Assembly (NCBI GenBank): GCA_046590205.1
Contig: JBKJTT010000088.1
Location: forward strand, 733 to 64,732
Origin: Candidatus Kapaibacterium sp.
GTDB taxonomy: Bacteria > Bacteroidota > Ignavibacteria > Palsa-1295
Length of the DNA: 64,000 bases
Direction of reading: 5' to 3'
The notes below the pieces were generated by a model. The model ran no database searches, was not told where the DNA came from, and saw nothing but the letters and a program-made list of their open reading frames with translations. Each line of letters starts with the position of its first letter. The stretch's first letter is position 1. Shown in pieces: positions 45,476-53,975 of this stretch. The position numbers and the translations under genes were made by a program.

Positions 45476-46323
45476 TACTCTACTGCTTTCTTACTAAATA
45501 TTGTCCAATCTTTTCCACCATCACCATCAGCAATGAAACCATCCATCACTTTTCCGAGTGCAGGCATTACCATGAGTGGCGTGTTAGCTCGTTCAGCTTC
45601 TTCTTGCATGAGGCGGGCATCTTTGCGAGCCATGAGTAATTCCCATGTTGGCGTGTCGTAGTTTTTCATCATCAGGCGTGCGACTCGTGCTTTCATTGGA
45701 GCAGAACCCATCTGTTCAATGAAGTCTGAAATGTCTTCGACCGAAAGACCGAGTGATTTGCCAAGAGTAAATGTGTCGACCAGTCCTGCAGAAATAGCAA
45801 GGAAATTATGATTGCCAAGTAGTTTATATGCTGCAGCTATGCCCGGATCTTCGCTGATATTATCAAGTGTACCTGTCATCTTTGCAAGTTCAGGTTCAAT
45901 TTTTTTAACAACTTCTTGATCTCCCGAGACAAGCATCATGCCGGTACTTTCAAGTGCATTCATTGGTCCCATAAAGACAGGGGCATGGATGTAAGTGATA
46001 CCTTTTGATTTCCAGTTTGCAACTCGTTCTTTCGTGAGTGTTGCTGATGTTGTTGTATGATCTACAATGATAACATCTTTTTCAAATCCGGGTGATGCTT
46101 GCTCAAGAATGCTATCAACGGCTACATCATCAGAGACACAGATATGAATTCGTTGCGCTCCTTTTACCGCTTCGGCAGGAGTAGCGAAAGCTTTCGCGCC
46201 GGTCTCTTCAAGTGCTGATGCCTTCGATGGAGTCCTATTCCATACGTTCACTTCTTTGCCGCGTTTTCTCATTGCTCTGACGAAATTTGAGCCGAGTAAA
46301 CCCATTCCTAAAAATGCTATCAT
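45475..46323 (-). CDS. NAD(P)-dependent 3-hydroxyisobutyrate / 6-phosphogluconate dehydrogenase-like oxidoreductase (HIBADH family)
   Basis: N-terminal Rossmann MIAFLGMGLLGSNFVRAM; catalytic region ...YIHAPVFMGP...; stop overlaps the thiolase start (TAATG). Confidence 0.85.
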   Translation of the reverse strand: MIAFLGMGLLGSNFVRAMRKRGKEVNVWNRTPSKASALEETGAKAFATPAEAVKGAQRIHICVSDDVAVDSILEQASPGFEKDVIIVDHTTTSATLTKERVANWKSKGITYIHAPVFMGPMNALESTGMMLVSGDQEVVKKIEPELAKMTGTLDNISEDPGIAAAYKLLGNHNFLAISAGLVDTFTLGKSLGLSVEDISDFIEQMGSAPMKARVARLMMKNYDTPTWELLMARKDARLMQEEAERANTPLMVMPALGKVMDGFIADGDGGKDWTIFSKKAVE

Positions 46324-46346
46324 ACGTTTCTATTTCTTAATGCACA

Positions 46347-47015
46347 TTAATAAAACTTCTTGCCTGCTTCAGCGTTGAGTCTCAGAAGTGGGGCAATTCG
46401 ATACCGTTCATGTCCATACTCAACCTGTAATGCTTCGAGTATTGCACAGATTGTATATGCTCCAATCTCATCGCACCATGCAAGCGGTCCTTTCGGGTAG
46501 TTCGTGCCGAACTTCATTGCTTGGTCTATATCTGCGCTGGTTGCAACACCCTCTTGGACTGCAAAGGCAGCTTCGTTGATGATCATTGATAACGTGCGCG
46601 GAAATATGCCTGCAACAGAGTCGCCTATATTCTCAATATCTTTTTTAAAGAGTGATTTTAACATCTCTTTATTCGACGAGACGTCTTCATGTTGAAGCGG
46701 AATAGAATACTCAATCGCTTTTTGCGAGGCAAGTTCGCTCGGTAGCATCGGTATCCCGATGACTCTCTTATATCCCGTAACATTCCTTGCTATTGCCGTT
46801 GCCGGAGCAGTGAGTGTATTCGTGATGAGAATAGCATCTTTCGATTCAAAGGAGCGAAGATTTGTGTACTTCTCTTCGAGATCGAAGAAGAGCGTATCAA
46901 TGACTAGCTCTGCACCGGACGTAACCAACTCAAGTGTCGGATGCGCCGAGAAAAACTCGGTTAGAACTCCGCCATATTGCGGCTCAGATAGTAGTGTTGC
47001 TTTCATGTATATCAT
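46347..47015 (-). CDS. 3-hydroxyacyl-CoA dehydrogenase (Hbd)-like protein lacking the canonical N-terminal GxGxxG dinucleotide-binding motif
   Basis: Residues ~70-222 align with the Hbd middle and C-terminal domains (ILITNTLTAP..VIGIPMLP...NYPKGPLAWCDEIGAYTICAILEALQVEYGHERYRIAPLLRLNAEAGKKFY); the first ~70 aa have no Gly-rich loop. Confidence 0.7.
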   Translation of the reverse strand: MIYMKATLLSEPQYGGVLTEFFSAHPTLELVTSGAELVIDTLFFDLEEKYTNLRSFESKDAILITNTLTAPATAIARNVTGYKRVIGIPMLPSELASQKAIEYSIPLQHEDVSSNKEMLKSLFKKDIENIGDSVAGIFPRTLSMIINEAAFAVQEGVATSADIDQAMKFGTNYPKGPLAWCDEIGAYTICAILEALQVEYGHERYRIAPLLRLNAEAGKKFY

Positions 47016-47213
47016 TACTCATTGCATCCACTTAATTATCCTGCTGCTGGATTTGAATGCAACTCTCTCTATAAACACTACGGGAGTAGAAAACTACTCA
47101 ATTATTTTCCGTCGGCGTGTATAAAATACCGCGTTCGGGTCATAGTCAATGAGTTGAACTTAGGACCACTCAAAGACGTTATACGCCCGTCGTTTCGGAA
47201 GAGACGACCGGTG

Positions 47214-47285
47214 GAGCTCGTAGCTCAGTGGCAGAGCATCTGACTTTTAATCAGAGGGTCGTCGGTTCGATCCCGCCCGGGCTCA
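47214..47285 (+). tRNA. tRNA-Lys (anticodon TTT)
   Basis: Acceptor GAGCTCG/CGGGCTC (one G-U); D-arm GCTC-AGTGGCA-GAGC; anticodon stem TCTGA/TCAGA with loop CTTTTAA; T-arm GTCGG-TTCGATC-CCGCC (one U-C mismatch); discriminator A. ORF-track ORFs 47022..47243 and the first 30 codons of 47228..47941 are spurious overlaps. Confidence 0.8.
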
Positions 47286-47317
47286 CTTTTTTTATTAACT
47301 ATTTCCAATTAACACCA

Positions 47318-47941
47318 ATGAAACGTTACAGCATACTATCAGTAATGTTCGCACTTATGCTCGGCTTAGTCGTAGCAAGCTGCGGAACGAAGGTAGACGA
47401 GGCACTCGTCGCCGAATACAATGCAAAGAAGGCAGAAGCAGAGAAGCTCCTCATCGACGCTGAAGCCGGCAAAGAGAAAATGCACGTCGATCATGATGCA
47501 TGGACAGTAAAGCTTGATGAAGCATCAAAGATCAAAGGCGTAGATACAGCCAAGATCAATGGCTTCAAAGCAGAGATCGCAAACCATAATAAAATGGTTG
47601 GTGACCTCGACCCAACGATCGACAGCATCAAGAACTACGTAGGCGCAAAGACCAGCACGAACGAAGAATTGAAGATGGGTATCGCAGGTCTAACGACACA
47701 CATCGGCGCTCTTACCTCGAACTGGAAGACGATTATGGATGCACACACCAAACTTGGTGCAGACATCATGGCGATGTTAGCACCGGGCGTACCTGCTGCA
47801 GATGCACCAGGAGCACCAGTAAAGCCAGCAATTAAGAAGGGAACAACCAACCAGGGCGGCTCAAAGAAAGACGACGGATCAACACCTCCGACTACATCAA
47901 AGCCAGCTTCAAAGAGCGAAGGCGGAGTACCAAAGAAGTAA
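47318..47941 (+). CDS. Hypothetical lipoprotein with a disordered Lys/Pro/Thr-rich C-terminus
   Basis: ATG at 47318 (the ORF-track 47228 start lies inside the tRNA); signal peptide MKRYSILSVMFALMLGLVVASCG; coiled-coil-like Ala/Lys/Glu-rich core; C-terminal ...GGSKKDDGSTPPTTSKPASKSEGGVPKK. Confidence 0.7.
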   Translation: MKRYSILSVMFALMLGLVVASCGTKVDEALVAEYNAKKAEAEKLLIDAEAGKEKMHVDHDAWTVKLDEASKIKGVDTAKINGFKAEIANHNKMVGDLDPTIDSIKNYVGAKTSTNEELKMGIAGLTTHIGALTSNWKTIMDAHTKLGADIMAMLAPGVPAADAPGAPVKPAIKKGTTNQGGSKKDDGSTPPTTSKPASKSEGGVPKK

Positions 47942-47962
47942 ATCTTCTTCAGATTGAAAATA

Positions 47963-47990
47963 GAAATGGCGCTCTTCGGAGCGCCATTTC
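47963..47990. terminator. Bidirectional intrinsic-terminator hairpin (12-bp perfect stem GAAATGGCGCTC / GAGCGCCATTTC, TTCG tetraloop)
   Basis: 22 nt after the stop of 47318..47941 (plus) and 23 nt after the murA stop (minus); U-rich on both transcripts. Confidence 0.65.
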
Positions 47991-48012
47991 TGGTTTTAGA
48001 GGTCTTCCCGCG

Positions 48013-49332
48013 CTATATGCGCTCGATACTCACCCCGATCCCCCGTAGCTTATCCTCGATATGTTCATAGCCCCTCTCAACGTGATCGATACCGGTTATG
48101 ATACTCTCTCCATCGGCAATAGCCGCAGCGATAAGATAGACGAATCCCGCACGAAGATCAGGGATGTTGATGTTAGCACCGCGAAGCTTGGTTGGTCCGT
48201 TGATTACGGCGGAATGGGGATGGGAAAGGGTCGTGAAGCGGCAGTCCGCCCCACCAAGGCAAGAATTATAAAGCTGGATCTGGGCACCCATCTTTTGCAA
48301 CTCCTTAACGTAGCCGAACCTGTCCTCATAAACCGTCTCATGAATTACAGATAGTCCTTCAGCTTGTGTCATCATCATGACCCATGGCTGTTGCCAGTCA
48401 GTCATGAAGCCGGGATGTACTGCAGTCTCCAGAGCAAGAGGATGCAACTTGCCTTGGTAGTAGAACCTGATGCCGTCGTCAGAGATGTCAAACCCGCCAC
48501 CAGCACGACGCATTGAGTTGAGGAAGGAGAGCATAGCAGTTTGTTGGGCACCTTCGATGAAGATGTCGCCCTTTGATGCCACTGCAGCGCAAGCGAAGGA
48601 TGCCGCTTCGATCCTGTCAGAGATAACATGATGCTCCGCACCAGATAGCTTCTCTACGCCTTCGATGATGATGCGTCGGTTGGTATCGAGTGAGATGATA
48701 GCCCCCATCTTCTGCAAGAACTTGATGAGTTCGATGATCTCCGGTTCGACCGCAGCGTTGTGGATGATTGTCGTCCCTTTTGCCAGCGATGCCGCCATGA
48801 GGATGTTCTCCGTCGCGCCGACTGATGGGAATGGGAGATGTATCTCTGCTCCGTGAAGGGAATCAGCTTTGCAGGTGAAATAGCCGTCAGCGAATTCTGT
48901 CGTAGCACCCATCTTCTCGATAGCGTCGATATGGAAATCCACGGGACGCTTGCCAATCTTATCGCCGCCGGGCATTAGTACCGATGCAGTGCCGGTACGA
49001 TGTAGAAGCGGTCCGAGAAGGAGGATAGGGATACGGTTCAGACCTGCGAATCTCTCAGGGACGAGCGATGTATTGAAGTCGGTCTCTATATTAAGCGAGC
49101 CGTTGTTATCGTCAGATAGCTCCAGTTTGGCCCCCATCGACGAGAGGATGTCTTCGGTGATCTCCACTTCACCAAGATGGACAGGGGCATTAGTGAAATG
49201 ACTCTTCTGGTCAGATAAGGTGGAAGCCACCATCAGTTTAGAGATAAGGTTCTTTGTCCCGCTAATGCGTACAGTACCATTAAGCGGTTTCCCCCCAACG
49301 ACTCGAAATGCTTCTTGCTTTGTTGAACTCAT
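48013..49332 (-). CDS. murA: UDP-N-acetylglucosamine 1-carboxyvinyltransferase
   Basis: Full-length MurA/EPSP-synthase fold; the active-site Cys region ...KLELSDDNNGS... is loosely conserved; LRGANINIPDLRAGFVYLIAAAIADGESII matches the MurA C-terminus. Confidence 0.92.
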   Translation of the reverse strand: MSSTKQEAFRVVGGKPLNGTVRISGTKNLISKLMVASTLSDQKSHFTNAPVHLGEVEITEDILSSMGAKLELSDDNNGSLNIETDFNTSLVPERFAGLNRIPILLLGPLLHRTGTASVLMPGGDKIGKRPVDFHIDAIEKMGATTEFADGYFTCKADSLHGAEIHLPFPSVGATENILMAASLAKGTTIIHNAAVEPEIIELIKFLQKMGAIISLDTNRRIIIEGVEKLSGAEHHVISDRIEAASFACAAVASKGDIFIEGAQQTAMLSFLNSMRRAGGGFDISDDGIRFYYQGKLHPLALETAVHPGFMTDWQQPWVMMMTQAEGLSVIHETVYEDRFGYVKELQKMGAQIQLYNSCLGGADCRFTTLSHPHSAVINGPTKLRGANINIPDLRAGFVYLIAAAIADGESIITGIDHVERGYEHIEDKLRGIGVSIERI

Positions 49333-49363
49333 AGATACGAAAATACCGAATAGTTTTTCGTTA

Positions 49364-50377
49364 TCACTTAATTGTCACAATATCAGCCGTAGTCTTTTTG
49401 GCAATATCGTAGAGTTGGATGGACTTTACTCCGGCTGACTCTTTGGTAAGAAGCAGGAGAGTCTCTTTTGGATTTGCAATGACTTCGGATATATCCGATG
49501 CAGAAAATACATCAGCAAATGTCGTAGCATCCTTTACCGTCACAAGACCTTGCTTATAAACGAAGATAAACTTGCCATTAGTCGAGACATCAAAACGAGT
49601 TGGTAAGATGTCATCAATAGGTTTTACTTGCTCTCCGATAGTTGAAGGTGAAGACATATTGACCGATCGAAGCTCAGTTTTTCCATCACCTGATTCAAGC
49701 ACAAATAGTTGTTTATTATCGCCAGAGAAGCATACTGAAGCTACTTTTTTGCCGCTAATAGGCATGTAGAGTTGATTACGTTCAGTTGTCTCGATGGTAT
49801 AGATAAGGACTTCCGATGTGTTCGGTTCTTGCAGTAGGATGCGCTGCTGATCACGAGACCATGCAAGGAGCTTGAAATCTTTATCGTTAGGAAGAATTAC
49901 TTCAGAAATATTTTGCGAAGCATCATAACGATAATAATCTGTTTTTGTGCCTTTTGCAGAGTAATACACATACTTTCCGTTATACGAGGTGCCGAGCAGT
50001 TCATAGTTTACTCCTGCTTTAGATGTAGTAATATCAAGCTCTTCTGAGCCATCATTCTTTATTCGATACAGGTGCATATCTCCGGATTCGGACGCCTTCA
50101 TAATGATAATGTTTGCTCTCGAAAGTACGGGGATTGCACGAAATACAGGAGTTTCATATTTGGTCACTTCTGTAGTAATGGCGCCTTTCAACTCATATGA
50201 CATGACATTCTTCACACCATTGGCGTTTGGGGCAATATAGAATATCTTCTTATCATCTTGAGAGAAGTATGCACTAACTCCTTTATCGTCAGAGGAGCTC
50301 GGCAGCGTCTGCCAGTATTGCGCATGAACCGAGGTGCATGCGAGTAGGAAAGCAAAAAGAAAACCAATCGTTTTCAT
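49364..50377 (-). CDS. Hypothetical secreted beta-propeller (TolB/PD40-like repeat) protein
   Basis: Start assigned to M25 of the ORF-track ORF (MKTIGFLFAFLLACTSVHAQ signal peptide); repeated ~40-aa blades with ...KxxYYxA/...DG..L motifs. Confidence 0.68.
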   Translation of the reverse strand: MKTIGFLFAFLLACTSVHAQYWQTLPSSSDDKGVSAYFSQDDKKIFYIAPNANGVKNVMSYELKGAITTEVTKYETPVFRAIPVLSRANIIIMKASESGDMHLYRIKNDGSEELDITTSKAGVNYELLGTSYNGKYVYYSAKGTKTDYYRYDASQNISEVILPNDKDFKLLAWSRDQQRILLQEPNTSEVLIYTIETTERNQLYMPISGKKVASVCFSGDNKQLFVLESGDGKTELRSVNMSSPSTIGEQVKPIDDILPTRFDVSTNGKFIFVYKQGLVTVKDATTFADVFSASDISEVIANPKETLLLLTKESAGVKSIQLYDIAKKTTADIVTIK

Positions 50378-50454
50378 AGCACGTATGCGGTATGGAATAT
50401 CCCGAACGATATACAACAGGAAGTGAGTGCTTTTGTTGCAGGAAGTCAATAAAA

Positions 50455-50481
50455 AACCCGCTCTTTATGAAAGAGCGGGTT
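50455..50481 (-). terminator. Intrinsic terminator hairpin downstream of the HU gene (12-bp stem AACCCGCTCTTT / AAAGAGCGGGTT, 3-nt loop)
   Basis: 23 nt after the hup stop; followed by UUUUUU on the minus-strand transcript (AAAAAA on plus). Confidence 0.65.
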
Positions 50482-50503
50482 ACGGTCATAAACAGAAAAC
50501 AGC

Positions 50504-50779
50504 TTATTTCGCAACTGCATCTTTCAATGTCTTGCCAGCAACAAAGCGTGGTACCTTGCGGGCTGAGATCTTGATGGCAGCACCAGTCTGGGGGTTACGT
50601 CCCATACGTGCATTACGCTTTGATACCTTGAACGTACCGAAGCCGACAAGAGCGACAGTGCCGCCTTTTTTCAAGGTCTTCGTTACGGTTTCAACTATTG
50701 CCGATATAGCGCGATCAGAATCCGCTTTCGAGAGTCCTGTCGTTTTTGAAATTGCTTCAATGAGTTCAGATTTGTTCAT
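50504..50779 (-). CDS. hup: HU-family DNA-binding protein
   Basis: [89 protein letters not shown] is canonical HU (91 aa); the ORF-track N-terminal extension to 50941 is not real. Confidence 0.9.
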   Translation of the reverse strand: MNKSELIEAISKTTGLSKADSDRAISAIVETVTKTLKKGGTVALVGFGTFKVSKRNARMGRNPQTGAAIKISARKVPRFVAGKTLKDAVAK

Positions 50780-51018
50780 AGAATCCTGTATGGTTAGAGA
50801 ATGTAAAAAAAGTACTTGTAAAAAGATTACCCCTTTCAGATCTTCGACACAATCCCAGATGAGCAAGGAGTCACAACAACCGACTTTGCTTATGCCCCTC
50901 ACTTTGGGACTGAACCTCTTCAGAACGCTTGCTACAGGCACTTCGAAGATGTATTAAGCACTACAAAGATAACATACTTTTTATGTCAATCCAAATAAAA
51001 TCATAAAAATTATTTTCA

Positions 51019-53103
51019 TTAAAATTGAACTTCTGCTACAATACGCCCTTCAACTTGTGTATATTCCGCCCGGCTTCCGTCCGAGTGCTGTGTGCTGACA
51101 AGCCCGTACCAGCAGTAGCCATAGAGCCGAGTACCGCCATCTGTGGCTTTATCCAACGTAAGATAGATGACTGGTCCGGTGCGTATGGTTTCCTCCTGAA
51201 GAGAAAGTGATGTGCTATTGCCTGCCGCGCTGTTTGAACTCCGTGAGATCACAAGTGCTTTGATACCTACTCTTGCAAGGACTGGGAAGTTAGCCGTCCC
51301 TGATACAAGATGAAACAGTGATTCGCCTATAACCTCTTGTGTGCCAAGCTGGGGACGAGATGTGAACGCATCCGCATTGAACGACCCCTGTTCAGAAAGT
51401 CGGACATCAAATCGTGCTTCGATACCTGATCCAAGTGCGTTAGAGAGTTTAAATGGAATAAAAAAACTATCTCGTATGCTCATACCGCGAATAACATAAT
51501 CACGAGTGCCGGTCAGGGATGCAGTGGGAAGAAAGAAGTCGTATTGGGTATAGTTTGCAAATACTTCTCCGTAGAGTGCATTGATAATTCGTTTTGAACG
51601 ATACTCAGCCGTTGTTGAAAAGGTAATAGAATTGATAGCATTGTTTTGAGCACTTCGTTCGCTTTTGAGATAGACCAAATGATTCTTTGAAAGCCGCAGG
51701 CCAGCCGATGCCAGAAATGGTGTGCTCAAACGATGCTCATATCTTACGAACGCATGGGCATATTGTTCATCTCTATCGTCAAGGTTATCCGGGCTTGGGG
51801 TATCATAGCGATAGATTCGTGCTCCAAGTTCTCCGAAGAACGTACCTCGGTCTGATACAGGCATTGAAGCATTCGCTAATGCAGATGTTTCTTGTGAGGC
51901 GAAACTTGATGCATTTAATAACTCCGAAATGTTTTTTATTGTATGTGAGGAGCTGTTGCCGAGTTCGCTTGTTTCAAGGGTGTTATCCTCTGCGCGCTCT
52001 CGGTAGCTAATTGTAAGTGATGAATTCAGACCGGATGTACTCTTGGCGGCAATCGGCACAAGATTGAGTACAGCAGTAATACCAAAATCTGACCTTGACG
52101 TATTTGAAGGTGCAAGTGAGGTCATGTATAATGTGCCCGTAGTGTTTTGAGCCGATATCTCAAAACCCGGAGAGCGGCGGCGAATAAAGCTTGGGGCGAT
52201 AAGTAACTCAAGCCTTGAAAGTAATCTGTCCTTAATAATAGGATATCGGGCTTCGTTAACTATATCAAAAAGAAATTCATTGCGTTCTTGTTTTACTACA
52301 TCATTCGTATCAAGATTGAAAAAGAAGTCTCTGCGCTTGAGCGACGTGCCAACCTTGAGCATGTTCGAGCCTGATTCTCCAAAGTTTGAACGAAGTATGG
52401 CAGACACATTATCATTCCTATATACTTCATCTAAATACGAGAATCTTCTTTCGTCAATTTTTAGATTGGACTCAATGCTATTGTCTTCGTCTATTGATGT
52501 GGAAGCAAGATTAACTTGTGAGAGTAGCATGGGCCCCGAAGACCTGCCAATATTATTATTTCGTAGCGCTATGCCGCCACCTACCTGTATCGTAAAGACA
52601 TTCTCAATGATACGCCTTCCGCCGGCTATAGCATACCCATCGGTAACATTTGATAAATTGGCGAAACCGCTTATCGCACTTCCGCTTTTTGAATCATTGT
52701 TATATACTGATCCGAAAATGATTGCTTCGGCGATTGTTGTTCCCGCGGTAATAGGGGAGGTTGCTTGGATGATACCGTTGGCTTCAGAGGTGCGAGAGTC
52801 AGTTTCTTGTCGTAAACGTGATAGCCCGTCTGCTATAATGGCAACAGATGATTCAAAGTACTCTTTGCCGAAATTTAGCCGAACATTGCTCCCCCAATTA
52901 TAGAGAGAAAGAGTATGCTCAAAGCCGAGCGTTATCCTATTTCCGGTAGTAGTAAGGTTAAGTGGATCCGGTATTTGAACCGATGACGGCCCTCCCGGCT
53001 CCCACCAGGAACGCACCGTCTGCGTTTGTGCAGAGAGTGCAGAGGCAAAAAAACAACAGAATATGAGCAGTACGGTCTTCAACGCTATTAGCAACCGCCG
53101 CAA
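51019..53103 (-). CDS. Hypothetical outer-membrane beta-barrel protein (694 aa)
   Basis: Signal peptide LKTVLLIFCCFFASALSAQ; Ser/Asn/Thr-rich with alternating hydrophobic beta-strands; C-terminal ...RIVAEVQF with terminal Phe. Confidence 0.72.
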   Translation of the reverse strand: MRRLLIALKTVLLIFCCFFASALSAQTQTVRSWWEPGGPSSVQIPDPLNLTTTGNRITLGFEHTLSLYNWGSNVRLNFGKEYFESSVAIIADGLSRLRQETDSRTSEANGIIQATSPITAGTTIAEAIIFGSVYNNDSKSGSAISGFANLSNVTDGYAIAGGRRIIENVFTIQVGGGIALRNNNIGRSSGPMLLSQVNLASTSIDEDNSIESNLKIDERRFSYLDEVYRNDNVSAILRSNFGESGSNMLKVGTSLKRRDFFFNLDTNDVVKQERNEFLFDIVNEARYPIIKDRLLSRLELLIAPSFIRRRSPGFEISAQNTTGTLYMTSLAPSNTSRSDFGITAVLNLVPIAAKSTSGLNSSLTISYRERAEDNTLETSELGNSSSHTIKNISELLNASSFASQETSALANASMPVSDRGTFFGELGARIYRYDTPSPDNLDDRDEQYAHAFVRYEHRLSTPFLASAGLRLSKNHLVYLKSERSAQNNAINSITFSTTAEYRSKRIINALYGEVFANYTQYDFFLPTASLTGTRDYVIRGMSIRDSFFIPFKLSNALGSGIEARFDVRLSEQGSFNADAFTSRPQLGTQEVIGESLFHLVSGTANFPVLARVGIKALVISRSSNSAAGNSTSLSLQEETIRTGPVIYLTLDKATDGGTRLYGYCWYGLVSTQHSDGSRAEYTQVEGRIVAEVQF

Positions 53104-53127
53104 GCGTCCTGACGTTCGGAGAAGTTC

Positions 53128-53970
53128 TTAGTTAGGTTGGAATTTTACATACACTGTGACGGTATCTTTGGCTGCACTGCCCCAAATGCCGATCCCACCT
53201 TTGACCTTATTGAGTGATGACTGAAAAGGAGAGAAAGCGTTTTCTCCATACCCGACCTGGCGTTTATAGTCAACCCAGTTGCTATCAAGGGCAAGTATTG
53301 TCATACGATTTGGTCCGAACCATCCAAATAAACGCGAGTAAAGTATAATGCGTGGTGATGTCTGGATAAAGCTATTGCGTACATACGCAGAGGTATCGAC
53401 AGGCGGCCCTGCTTGCGGGTCGGTAAAGATCTTGCCTACGGTAGTATCAAGTGCGTTGATCTGCATCATATACAATATTGTCGGTTGCACTGGTCCTGCT
53501 GTAATCGTGTAAGAGAATCCGCTTGCATCATTGGTATCAAGCGGTAATACCTTATCAGATGGCAAACTTGTCTCAAGATTATTGTACTTGATAGGAAGCG
53601 GTACCCGTGTACGAGCATAAATATCATGCTCATCTTTTTTGATGACAAGTTCATATTCTTTACCACCTTCAATGACTAACTCTGATGCTGGCAAGTAATA
53701 TCGTCCCTTGAGTATCCCTGCAAGCAGTGGATATTCTTTTCCATCAACTCTGACGCGAACATCTGCACCTTCGACGGCAAATTGACTATCCACAAAGGAC
53801 TTGCCGAATGGTACGCTATAGTGTAGAACAACAGAATCTATCGGTTCACCCGGATAGATGAATCCTCTAACAATGACATGCTCTACATATTCTGATTCGA
53901 TCGCTCCATCACACCCATAGCAAAAGAATGCCGGGATCAGAAGTAGGTATAGTTTGTGAATACTTTTCAT
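53128..53970 (-). CDS. DUF4249-family lipoprotein (partner of CarbopepD_reg-type TonB-dependent receptors)
   Basis: Signal peptide plus Cys (LLLIPAFFCYGCDG); size and position immediately downstream of the TonB-dependent receptor match the DUF4249 convention. Confidence 0.65.
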   Translation of the reverse strand: MKSIHKLYLLLIPAFFCYGCDGAIESEYVEHVIVRGFIYPGEPIDSVVLHYSVPFGKSFVDSQFAVEGADVRVRVDGKEYPLLAGILKGRYYLPASELVIEGGKEYELVIKKDEHDIYARTRVPLPIKYNNLETSLPSDKVLPLDTNDASGFSYTITAGPVQPTILYMMQINALDTTVGKIFTDPQAGPPVDTSAYVRNSFIQTSPRIILYSRLFGWFGPNRMTILALDSNWVDYKRQVGYGENAFSPFQSSLNKVKGGIGIWGSAAKDTVTVYVKFQPN

Positions 53971-53975
53971 GTCTC

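Noticed and set aside
47153-47213. Sigma-70-like promoter (TTGAAC ... TTATAC) and the hairpin CGTCGTTTCGGAAGAGACGACCG just upstream of tRNA-Lys
   Set aside because: The spacing is 19 nt and the stem is imperfect. It is plausible as a tRNA promoter or leader structure, but too weak to call as a feature from sequence alone.
47022-47317. ORF 47022..47243 and the N-terminal 30 codons of ORF 47228..47941
   Set aside because: They overlap tRNA-Lys(UUU) at 47214..47285. The real lipoprotein start is the ATG at 47318 (MKRYSILSV..., signal peptide).
50780-50941. N-terminal 54-aa extension of the HU ORF (start at 50941)
   Set aside because: Canonical HU begins at [10 protein letters not shown] (ATG at 50779). 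The extension is Cys-rich nonsense overlapping the promoter region.
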